Source: Myxococcota bacterium (GTDB lineage: Bacteria > Myxococcota_A > UBA796 > UBA2385). From it: DNA of 64,000 bases. The DNA lies in assembly GCA_044344255.1 (NCBI GenBank), contig JBIJDH010000011.1:179491-243490 (forward strand). Direction: 5' to 3'. The notes beneath the pieces are model-generated. The model searched no databases. It was not told the DNA's origin and saw nothing but the letters and a program-made list of their open reading frames with translations. The position numbers were made by a program, and so were the translations under genes. Below are positions 9,731 through 18,105 of this stretch, in pieces (the first letter of the stretch is position 1; every line of letters starts with the position of its first letter).

Positions 9731-11078
9731 ACCGCTCGAGGAGCCCGAGGGCGAGGAGCCCGTCGAGGAGCTCGGCCGCCTGCTCCCAGGATCTCCCCGA
9801 CCACTCCTTGGCCTCCGCGGCCACGAAGCCCTGGCGCCGCGCATACAGGGTTCGGCCGAAGCGTAAGAGCTCCGGCTCATCGAAGGAGAGCTCCGTGGAC
9901 CCGGCGCTGATCTCGACGGTGGCCGCGCCGGTCTCCGAGAACAGGACACGCTCCTGAATCGGGAGCCTCGGGACCACCCGTAGCCGATCTTCGGGCTCGA
10001 CCGCCCGCGCCACGACCGGCCCCCCTTCGACCAGCAGGCCGTTCTTCCAAAGCCGGATGGCATCCTCCGCGGGTAGCATCCGATCCGGGAGCTTCAGCCC
10101 CTCCTCGGTGAGCGGCCCGCCTTCAAAGGCCAGGAGCGCGCTCCAGAGGTCGATCGACGCTACATGGACGTCGAGCGCGCCCTGCACGGGGGTGTAGGCG
10201 ACGCTCTCGTTCCCCTCTTCGTACTCCAGGGCCAGGCCCGGGCGGGCGGGGCGAAGGTGGCGAGGCGGAGCGATCGGGGACATCAGGCGGAGGCGGCGGG
10301 AGAGGGCCTCGGCCTCGGGGCCCACCCGCATCAGGACCTCCGACCAGGAGAGCCCCTCCACATCGGCGGCGCAGGCCTCGAAGAAGCTCAGCTCCCGCCC
10401 GGCCCAATCCCCCCACAGCTCCGCATGAAGCTCGGCGCTGATCGTTCCATCATCCTCGATCCAACCGCCAAAGGTCCTCGTGGTCACACGGTTTCGTGTC
10501 CCGTTCGACTGGAAGGCGGCCTGGTAGAAGCCTTGGTGGTGGAGGTGGCGGTTGGCGCAGTCCACCGAGAGCTTCTCCTCCACAAGGGCGAGCAAGAGGG
10601 TGAGCTGCTTCCAGACCTCCGCCCCGGGGATTCCATCTTCCATGAGGCAGAAGAATGTTTGACAGACGGCGTTACGATTCTCCCAGATCGTGCAATCACC
10701 GCTATCATAGTACGGACAACGCATTTCCAGGTCTGCGCCGAATTTTCCCGGGCTGGACTCATAACGGCGGTGGTAACGGGGCGAGGACTGTAGCCCGAAT
10801 GGACTGAGTCCGATGCGACGACCGATCTGTTCACGGAGGCGCGAGGCGCCCTCGCCACCCGCGAGCAGCGCTCGTCCGACAGCGAAATTCGGCACATCCG
10901 GCCAGTAGGTGCAGCACTTGACGCTCGGGAGAAAGGCGCGGCCGAGCCCGGTGGCCGGGGGCTTACACATCGCGCAGTCCCCGCAGGTGGCTTTGGGCTC
11001 AGAGCCGAAACGCCGACCGACGGCCTGTTCCATCCAGCGGGTGTAGGTGGAGTTCAGCGCGGAGCTCGGGTGGGACAC
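9726..11078 (-). CDS. YkgJ/FliB-like cysteine-cluster (putative Fe-S) protein with C-terminal winged-helix/RRE-like region
   Basis: TCGDCAMC...KCCTY, then RCPYY...DCTIWENRNAVCQTFFC (CP..CxI...RxxxCxxF pattern); ends WEQAAELLDGLLALGLLE. Confidence 0.65.
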   Translation of the reverse strand: MSHPSSALNSTYTRWMEQAVGRRFGSEPKATCGDCAMCKPPATGLGRAFLPSVKCCTYWPDVPNFAVGRALLAGGEGASRLREQIGRRIGLSPFGLQSSPRYHRRYESSPGKFGADLEMRCPYYDSGDCTIWENRNAVCQTFFCLMEDGIPGAEVWKQLTLLLALVEEKLSVDCANRHLHHQGFYQAAFQSNGTRNRVTTRTFGGWIEDDGTISAELHAELWGDWAGRELSFFEACAADVEGLSWSEVLMRVGPEAEALSRRLRLMSPIAPPRHLRPARPGLALEYEEGNESVAYTPVQGALDVHVASIDLWSALLAFEGGPLTEEGLKLPDRMLPAEDAIRLWKNGLLVEGGPVVARAVEPEDRLRVVPRLPIQERVLFSETGAATVEISAGSTELSFDEPELLRFGRTLYARRQGFVAAEAKEWSGRSWEQAAELLDGLLALGLLERL

Positions 11079-11101
11079 GGGCAGCTCAACCTGGGCAGGG
11101 G

Positions 11102-12019
11102 CTAATCAGGAGGGGTGGCGAGGGAGGCGCGCCCGAGGGCGAGCTCCGCGAGGTCATTGAGGTACTGAGTCTGATCTTCGTTCAGGGCCCCACGCTCCAG
11201 GGCATCGATGAGCTCGGTGACCTGCTCGGGCTCGTTGAGGGCGCACAGGATGCCGTCCATCTCGGGACGGGAGAGGGCGTAGCGGTAATAGTCGGTGATG
11301 TGCGGGCGCCAATGCGAGGGTCCGAGGCCCAGCGCCGCGGAGTCGGGTTCGGACAGATATCCGTGCGTGCTCTTGAAGTTGTAGAGGAGGGCCGGGCTAC
11401 CCTTCGAGAGCTGCGGAAAGACCTCCTCCTCGGCCCCGCGGTGAAGCGGGTTGTACCGAAGAAATCCGATGTCGATCAGGCCGTGGTTGAGGGCGAGAAC
11501 TCCGGCTCGGCGGTCGTGGAAGCTCGCGCCGATCGCCCGCGAGGCGGGCTCGCGCTCGGGTTGATGCGCGCGGTACTCTCCGAGCCGCACCAGGAGGTCG
11601 GCGGCATAAGCGCCCCCGGCGATCGCGAGATCGACCCGCTCCAGCCCTTTGATCGCGGCCACGACCTCGTGGAAGGGCGCGTGACAGAATTCGGGCTGAG
11701 TGACGTAGGAGACGACGCCCACCACGACCTCGTCGCGTACGCCCCCGCCCCGCTCGAAGAGCAGCTCGAGGCCCCGCCGTAGCTTCTCGTAGAGCGGCCA
11801 GTGCATGTCAGCCGTCACAAAGAAGAAGTTGACGCCCGCGTCGAAGGCCGCGGGGACCACCCGCGGGTCGCCAACCAGGCCAAGGCAGACGGGGCTCACC
11901 CCGACCGGGAGGCCGCCCATGCGGTAACGGTGCCTCAAGCTGGGGAGGCTGCGCGCGTTGACCGGGGATTGACGCCGAGGCGGGAGCATCGGGGCGAAGA
12001 GTAGTCGGGGACAATCCAC
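11102..12019 (-). CDS. aldo/keto reductase-like protein
   Basis: VSPVCLG, AFDAGVNFFF, IGASFHDR, RYNPLHRGAE, YRYALSRP..DGILCALNEPEQV resemble AKR TIM-barrel segments; start uncertain. Confidence 0.65.
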   Translation of the reverse strand: MDCPRLLFAPMLPPRRQSPVNARSLPSLRHRYRMGGLPVGVSPVCLGLVGDPRVVPAAFDAGVNFFFVTADMHWPLYEKLRRGLELLFERGGGVRDEVVVGVVSYVTQPEFCHAPFHEVVAAIKGLERVDLAIAGGAYAADLLVRLGEYRAHQPEREPASRAIGASFHDRRAGVLALNHGLIDIGFLRYNPLHRGAEEEVFPQLSKGSPALLYNFKSTHGYLSEPDSAALGLGPSHWRPHITDYYRYALSRPEMDGILCALNEPEQVTELIDALERGALNEDQTQYLNDLAELALGRASLATPPD

Positions 12020-12050
12020 GAGTCAAGCATCCGGGTCGGAGGGGGGTCCG

Positions 12051-13799
12051 TCAGTCGCGGCGCGAGGTGCGAAGGCTGGCCAGGACGGTCGCGAGGAGCC
12101 CGAGGAGCAGGCCGCCCCCAGAGGTTGATGTGCTACAGACCCCCTCCTTCGGTCCTGCTCGCACAACGCTCCCGCCACCGTCGTCACCGTCGGGCAGCGC
12201 CTCGCCCCCTGAGCCATCCTCCCCCGGGTCGGCCGAATCGACGACCGCCGTGTCGGCCCCGCCTCCGTCACTCGCCCCCGTGTCTGTCGTGACCCCCGTG
12301 TCGGTCGTCGCCCCCGTGTCGGTTCCGCCCGTGTCTCCGAGACCCTCGTCCACCTCGCCGTCGCAGTCCTGATCCAACCCGTCCGACAGCTCTGTCGCCC
12401 CGGGATAGATGGAGGGATCGGCGTCGTTACAGTCGCCTGCGTCCTCCGACCACCCGTCCAGGTCGTCGTCGGTCGCGCTCATAGACGACAGGAAGACATA
12501 GACCAGCCCCTCGTCTGCGGCCGCCGCCGTGCCGTAGGGGGCGGAGACGGCCAGATCGGGGAGGCCATCTCCGTTCCAGTCCCCGCCCGTCGTGACCGCG
12601 GCGCCAAAGTCGTCACCGGTGGCGGTGGAGGAGGCCGTCCAGGAGGGCGTTGCAGCCAGACCCGTAGCGCTCCCCGGGTAGATCGCGACGAAGCCCGATC
12701 CGGTGACAGGATCCCCGGCCATGGCGGTCAGGACGAGGTCGGTGAATCCATCACCATCGAAGTCTCTGCCGCCCGCGATGCCAGCGCCGAGCTCCAACAT
12801 GGACGGATCTCCGAGGATGGACCAGTCCGGGAGGGCTGCGGGGCCCGTCGGGCTGCCGAGGTAGATGTCGACGCGCCCCTGCCTCGGGTTGGTGTCCTCC
12901 CAGATGGGGGCGCTCACCGCGAAGTCGGCGAATCCGTCCGCGTTGAGGTCTCCGAGCCCGGTGACCTGCATCCCGAATTCTGTCCAATCCTGTCCAAGGA
13001 AAGTCCCGTCGACGGTGGCGAGCTCTCGAAACCCACTCCCCCACCGCTGGTAGATGTGTACCGAGCCATAGGAAGAAGGCTCCATGGCGTCCCCCACGGC
13101 AATGTCGTCGAAGCCGTCTCCATCGACGTCTCCGATGCCGGCCACAGAGTAGCCGAAATAGGGGTCTACCCCAGCCAAGGTTTTCCAGTAGGAAGTTAAC
13201 CCGGTCGAGGAGCCCATCACGACGAGGGCATAACCATCGCGATCACCGTCGTCCTCGGCCGAGGTCATCGGCGCGCCGACGATGACGTCGTCGTAGCCAT
13301 CTCCATTGGGGTCGCCTGCGGCGGCGAGACCGTAACCACCCATGCCGACGTCTTCTCCCTCAGAGAAGAGCTCCACGGAGAAGCTCGGGACAAGGGCCGG
13401 GCCCGTCGGCCCTCCATAAAAGGCGTAGAGGGCGCCCGAGCCCGTCCCTCCTTTCGGGGCCGCGACCACGATGTCGGCGTAGCCATCGCTGTTCACGTCC
13501 CCGGCGCCTGCCACCGACGAGCCGAACTGCCCCTCGGCCAGTCCCCCCGTGTATGACCAGGCGGGCATGAGGTCGAGCCCTGTGGGGCCACCGAGGAACA
13601 GATAGACCACCCCGTCCTGATGACTGACCACGGTGGCGGTTGGCGCGGCCACGAGCAGGTCGTCGAAGCCGTCGCCGTTCACGTCTCCGGCCGACGCGAG
13701 GGAGACACCGAGGTAGTGGTCCGCCACGCCGAGGCCGATGACCTGGGTGGCGGTCGTGAGCGAGAGGAGGCCAAGCGCGGGAAACATCGGCGGGACCAA
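12051..13799 (-). CDS. FG-GAP/integrin-alpha beta-propeller protein with DCND metal-binding motif and MYXO-CTERM-like tail
   Basis: Seven GD(V/L/F/W/P)(N/D)(G/S/A)DG..D...AP-type repeats; C-terminus GVCSTSTSGGGLLLGLLATVLASLRTSRRD; AAGGAG before TTG 13799. Confidence 0.85.
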   Translation of the reverse strand: MVPPMFPALGLLSLTTATQVIGLGVADHYLGVSLASAGDVNGDGFDDLLVAAPTATVVSHQDGVVYLFLGGPTGLDLMPAWSYTGGLAEGQFGSSVAGAGDVNSDGYADIVVAAPKGGTGSGALYAFYGGPTGPALVPSFSVELFSEGEDVGMGGYGLAAAGDPNGDGYDDVIVGAPMTSAEDDGDRDGYALVVMGSSTGLTSYWKTLAGVDPYFGYSVAGIGDVDGDGFDDIAVGDAMEPSSYGSVHIYQRWGSGFRELATVDGTFLGQDWTEFGMQVTGLGDLNADGFADFAVSAPIWEDTNPRQGRVDIYLGSPTGPAALPDWSILGDPSMLELGAGIAGGRDFDGDGFTDLVLTAMAGDPVTGSGFVAIYPGSATGLAATPSWTASSTATGDDFGAAVTTGGDWNGDGLPDLAVSAPYGTAAAADEGLVYVFLSSMSATDDDLDGWSEDAGDCNDADPSIYPGATELSDGLDQDCDGEVDEGLGDTGGTDTGATTDTGVTTDTGASDGGGADTAVVDSADPGEDGSGGEALPDGDDGGGSVVRAGPKEGVCSTSTSGGGLLLGLLATVLASLRTSRRD

Positions 13800-13978
13800 G
13801 GCGGAGCTCCTTCAGGGCGGGGCCGCCCGCAACCAAAGGTTGCACGCTCGGACCACGTTGTCAACGACCACACTGACAAAATGGCGCAATACCCCTGCTT
13901 TGTTCGCGCCCGGGGGTGGTCCGTGTATCGGTGCCGGTGGACGAGCCCCCCGTCGGCGTATGAGCGCCGACGGCGCCC

Positions 13979-14707
13979 CTACTCGCAGCTCCGCGCCGCC
14001 ATCTCGGCGTCGGCGGGGCGCTCGAGCCGCACCGGGCCGGTCTCTGCCTCCACGCGCTCGATCTCGAAGCTCAGGAGCCCGCCGCCGCACTTCGAGGTCG
14101 CGCCTTCCTCCAACGGCCGCTCGGTGTAGGCGGCGATGACCGTCACGCGCCAGAGGAGACCGTCGATCCAGAGGTCATCGGCCCCGCCAGCGTCGATCAC
14201 CACCTCACCCTGATCGGAGGGGAAGACGGGGCTGAGCCAGCGCCGCTCCACGCCGTCCTCCTCCGAGCGGTGGATGTTGTGCATGCGGTAGACGAACTCA
14301 TCCCCGAACCGATCGACCACGGCTTCGTTCCGATCGGCTCCCCACAGGGCCCACACGAGGTCTACGTCATCGGAGAGCGCGAGGCCGCTTGGGGCGCCGG
14401 TGGCGGAGGGGGTGACCGAGAGGGTGAGCGCCGTGTCGGCGAAGCGCGAGAGGTCGGTGACCGCGGGGCTGTGGACCTCGAGCGCCCAGGCCTCCTCCTC
14501 ACCCTCGAGGGTCAACGACCATTCCCGCTCGGCGCCAGTGACGCGGAGCAGGCCCGACTCCTCCCAAGGCCCCAAGGATGGGTCCACGGTGAAGTCTGCC
14601 TCCACGACCGCCGCCTCGAGCTGCCGCCCCTCGAGGCTGTTGTTGGGGAGACAACCGGTGAAGGGCACGAGGAGGGCGAGCACGACGGGAGGGCGGCGGA
14701 CGTCCAT
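13979..14707 (-). CDS. hypothetical lipoprotein
   Basis: MDVRRPPVVLALLVPFTGC lipoprotein signal; ATG at 14707; paralogous remnant at 5702-5920. Confidence 0.7.
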   Translation of the reverse strand: MDVRRPPVVLALLVPFTGCLPNNSLEGRQLEAAVVEADFTVDPSLGPWEESGLLRVTGAEREWSLTLEGEEEAWALEVHSPAVTDLSRFADTALTLSVTPSATGAPSGLALSDDVDLVWALWGADRNEAVVDRFGDEFVYRMHNIHRSEEDGVERRWLSPVFPSDQGEVVIDAGGADDLWIDGLLWRVTVIAAYTERPLEEGATSKCGGGLLSFEIERVEAETGPVRLERPADAEMAARSCE

Positions 14708-14918
14708 GGGAGCTCCAGGCAGGAAGGAACTAGCTCGAGCGAGCCACACCGAAGCACACGACGTGCCAGCGAGCCGTGGTGCAGATCGCCGGAGAGCGCC
14801 CGCGGTCTGTGGAGCAGAACCCTGACATCGCTGTCCCGCTGGCGCGGCTCGGGCCGGCATCGAATGGCATCCCCGCCCTGCCGTCGACCGGCTACACCCG
14901 GAAGGTAGAAGGCAGCCC

Positions 14919-15683
14919 ATGACCGCCCTGATCCTCCTCGCGCTCTCGCTCCTACCCCCCGCCCACGCCGAGACCGAGCCGGAGGCCGCCGCCGCCGAGC
15001 ACAAGCGCCCGCCGTCCCAAGGTCAGGGGGAGAAAGGGCAGAAGGGCAAGGGGGGCAAGCACGGCAAGAAGGGCAAGAAGGGCAAGCCCGCCGAGCCCGA
15101 GTGGAAGAAGGAGGTCTACGCGGCCCCCTCGGCCGGCCTGACCACCTGGAATGACGGCACGAACACCACCACGGCCGCCAGCGTCGGCGCCGAGGCGGGG
15201 GTCCACTACTGGCAGGTCCACAAGCCCCTGCCCCGCTGGCAGGGGACCACCCGGGTGGCCGGCGACTACATCATGGGGAGCAACAACGTCTCGGGCTACG
15301 ACGTGCGGCTCGGCAGCTTCATCGGCCCTTCCTGGAAGTACGCCGGCATCCAATTCGGCCCCGACGTCTACCACAACCAGTACCGCTACGGCACCACCGA
15401 GCTGCCCCCCACCACCGGCGTCTCCGTGCCGGTCACCGCCACCGGCTGGTTCGACCCGGTCACCGTCTACGCCGGCATCGCGCCCTCCTGGTTCCTCTCC
15501 TCGGAGCGCGAATCGGTCAACTGGGGCGAGGCCGACTCGCTCGGCTTCGGCGACGAGTTCTCCATCCGCGCCGGGGCCTCGCTGCGGGTGGACAAGCTCC
15601 GCGTCGGGGTCGACTTCGTCCGCACCGAGACGGCCTACGGCACCCAGCAGGGATATGGCCTGAACATGGGCTACAATCGGTGA
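14919..15683 (+). CDS. secreted/outer-membrane beta-strand-rich protein with Lys/Gly-rich N-terminal segment
   Basis: Signal peptide ending AHA; alternating beta-strand pattern; C-terminal YGLNMGYNR. Confidence 0.6.
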   Translation: MTALILLALSLLPPAHAETEPEAAAAEHKRPPSQGQGEKGQKGKGGKHGKKGKKGKPAEPEWKKEVYAAPSAGLTTWNDGTNTTTAASVGAEAGVHYWQVHKPLPRWQGTTRVAGDYIMGSNNVSGYDVRLGSFIGPSWKYAGIQFGPDVYHNQYRYGTTELPPTTGVSVPVTATGWFDPVTVYAGIAPSWFLSSERESVNWGEADSLGFGDEFSIRAGASLRVDKLRVGVDFVRTETAYGTQQGYGLNMGYNR

Positions 15684-16960
15684 TCACGGGGCCGAACCCC
15701 TCCAGGCGCCGCCTCCGACGGGCGCGCTGGCTCGGCCACGCGCTCGGGCTCGCCTTCGGGTTCGCCTTCGGGCTCGGGCTCTCGCCGCTCGGGGCGTCGG
15801 TCGCGGAGGCGCACGGAGACCAATTCGGCGCCGCGCAGCTCTCGGTGAACCCCGACGACACCGCTGAGCTCTGGGCCCTCATCCCCAGCTTCGGCCTCGT
15901 TCACAGCCGGGACGGCGGCGCCGCCTGGGCCTGGACCTGCCTCGCCGGCTTCGACACCACCCGCGCCTACGCGGTGCTCTCGGTCGGCTCCGGCTTCGCG
16001 CTCGTGACCACCACCGACGGGGTGGTCCGGGTCGGGGAGGACTGCGAGCACACCCTGCTCGAGGGCATCCCCGGCTTCGGGGGCCCGCTGGCCCGCGACG
16101 GCGACGAGGCCCTCGTGGGCGTGAGCGGCACCGAGCAGGGCGGGGTCTACCGTTGCACGGGGAACCTCTGCGCCCCCACCCAGCTCCAAGGCCCACAGCT
16201 CTTCGTGAAGTCGCTGCTGGCCACCGATCGCGGCTTCCTCGCCACCGTCGTCGAGGGGGAGAGCTTCGCCGCCACCCTCTGGTCGAGCCCCGACGGCGAC
16301 CGCTGGACCGCCCTCGCCGGCTGGCCGGACGGGAGCCTCGATCCCACCCTCTTCTTCGCCCGCGAGGACACCGTCCTGCTCTGGGCCCACCCCCGAGACG
16401 AGGGTGGCCAGCCCGCCCTGCTGCGCAGCGACGATGGCGGCCTCCACTTCAGCGAGGTCTACTCCACCGGAAGCTCATCGGACCCCGTCGCCGGCTTCGC
16501 GGCGGTGGACGGCGGCGAGACCCTCCTGCTCGGCCCCGGCGCCGGCCAGACCCTCCGCTCCACCGACGACGGGCGGAGCTGGTCCGACGTCTCCGGCGAG
16601 GCCCCCGAGGTGGTCTGCGGGGAGAGCGTCGGCGACGAGACGTGGATCTGCACCGACCACGTCCAGGACGGCGTCTCCATCATGGTCACCGAGGACGCCC
16701 GCACCTACGTGCCCGTCGCCTGCCTCGAGGAGGCCACCCCCGCCGCCTGCGCCGAGGCCACCTGCGAAGACCAGCTGCTGGCCTACACCTACTCCGCCAT
16801 CTCCGGTGGAGGCCGCTGTGACATCATCCTCCGCCCCGATCCGCCCGACGAGGGCTCGGACGGCTGCGGGGGCCGGGCCTCCCTCCTCCTTTGGCCGATC
16901 GGGCTCTGGCTGCGCGCCCTCCGCCGCCCCCGCCGCGACGACCGCCGCCCCTCCGCTTGA
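15680..16960 (+). CDS. BNR/Asp-box beta-propeller protein with MYXO-CTERM-like tail
   Basis: SRDGGAAW, SPDGDRW, SDDGGLHF, STDDGRSW Asp-boxes; C-terminus DGCGGRASLLLWPIGLWLRALRR. Confidence 0.75.
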   Translation: MITGPNPSRRRLRRARWLGHALGLAFGFAFGLGLSPLGASVAEAHGDQFGAAQLSVNPDDTAELWALIPSFGLVHSRDGGAAWAWTCLAGFDTTRAYAVLSVGSGFALVTTTDGVVRVGEDCEHTLLEGIPGFGGPLARDGDEALVGVSGTEQGGVYRCTGNLCAPTQLQGPQLFVKSLLATDRGFLATVVEGESFAATLWSSPDGDRWTALAGWPDGSLDPTLFFAREDTVLLWAHPRDEGGQPALLRSDDGGLHFSEVYSTGSSSDPVAGFAAVDGGETLLLGPGAGQTLRSTDDGRSWSDVSGEAPEVVCGESVGDETWICTDHVQDGVSIMVTEDARTYVPVACLEEATPAACAEATCEDQLLAYTYSAISGGGRCDIILRPDPPDEGSDGCGGRASLLLWPIGLWLRALRRPRRDDRRPSA

Positions 16961-16966
16961 GGCACC

Positions 16967-17395
16967 ATGGCCCGCACGCGCCCCCCCCTCTCCCGGACAC
17001 CCTCCGCGCGCGCCCTGTGCGCCGCGCTCCTCGCGCTCGGCTGCGCTGACCGCGGAGACAGCGGAGCCGGCGACGCCACCGTCACCCTCCGGAGCCCCGA
17101 GGCCGACGCCACCGTCTGCGGCGCGCCCCTGCACGTCGAGGTCGATGTCCGTGGCTTTCGCCTCGTCCCCCCCGTGTCCGACCCCGAGGACGCCGAGGCG
17201 GGGACCGGCCACGTCGACGTGATGCTGAACGGACAGGACGCCGACATGATCTGGGCGGAGACCACCGACATCGAGGGGGTGGCCGACGGGCTCTACCAGC
17301 TCAAGGTCGAGCTCTCCAACGCCGACCACACGCCCATCACCCCCTACGCCGGCGACCTCATCTACATCACCGTCGACGACGGTCTCTGTCCCTGA
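16967..17395 (+). CDS. small Ig-fold lipoprotein (GHVDV...NADHTP type)
   Basis: Lipobox LALGC; SP..DATV, GHVDVMLNG, VELSNADHTP. Confidence 0.65.
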   Translation: MARTRPPLSRTPSARALCAALLALGCADRGDSGAGDATVTLRSPEADATVCGAPLHVEVDVRGFRLVPPVSDPEDAEAGTGHVDVMLNGQDADMIWAETTDIEGVADGLYQLKVELSNADHTPITPYAGDLIYITVDDGLCP

Positions 17396-17509
17396 CCGTG
17401 GCTGTCCCTGACCGCGGACCCGGGCGGACGAGGGCAGAGACTTCACAGGATTTGGTTTTCCGGCTGGTAAGGACCGTGGTAGGCTCCCGCTCGACCCGCG
17501 GAGCCCGCC

Positions 17510-18025
17510 TTGACCCGATTCAGCACCCCCACCTGCGCCGCCTTGGCCCTGACCTTCGCCATCGCGGCCTGCTCCAAGAGCGGGGGCGACAGCGGCGGCG
17601 ACGCCGGTGGGGATGACGGCGCGGCCGCCACCACCGGCAAGCTGAGCTTCCGCTTCGCGATCGACGAGAACCAGGCCGCCGTCATGGCCGAGCCCCCCTC
17701 CGGCACCTTCTACGGCGGCATCTTCGTCGAGGCCGACGTCACGCCGGTCGGGACCGTCGAGGGCGCGGTGGCCCTCGAGACCTTCGCGGTCGAGGTCGCC
17801 CTCACGATGGACGGCACGCCCACCGAGGCGCTGCACACCACGGGCGACTTGCCGGTCGGAAAGCTGTACATGATCGGCTTCCTGGACAGCGACGGCAACT
17901 CCCCGGCCGAGACGGCCCCCGACTCCGGCGATCCCGTCACCGCCCCCGGCTACGACGATCGCTTCGAGGTCGTCGGCGGTGAGATCACGGAGTGCGACGT
18001 GCTCCTCGACCTGCTGATGCCCTGA
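17510..18025 (+). CDS. hypothetical lipoprotein
   Basis: Lipobox IAAC, Gly/Asp linker, GFLDSDGN...PDSGDPVT. Confidence 0.65.
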   Translation: MTRFSTPTCAALALTFAIAACSKSGGDSGGDAGGDDGAAATTGKLSFRFAIDENQAAVMAEPPSGTFYGGIFVEADVTPVGTVEGAVALETFAVEVALTMDGTPTEALHTTGDLPVGKLYMIGFLDSDGNSPAETAPDSGDPVTAPGYDDRFEVVGGEITECDVLLDLLMP

Positions 18026-18054
18026 AGGGATGCCCTGAAGGGATGTCCTGAAGG
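18016..18054. repeat. 13-bp tandem repeat x3 spanning the stop codon
   Basis: gatgccctgaagg gatgccctgaagg gatgtcctgaagg; TGA 18023-18025 in the first unit. Confidence 0.9.
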
Positions 18055-18105
18055 CCACCCCTCGGTCCACGCCCCCGCTTCTTTGAATCGCGCCCCGGAG
18101 CACCC

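Noticed and set aside
5650..14000. Autonomous mobile element (prophage, ICE, IS)
   Set aside because: No integrase, transposase, terminal inverted repeats or phage genes; only the flanking gene duplication
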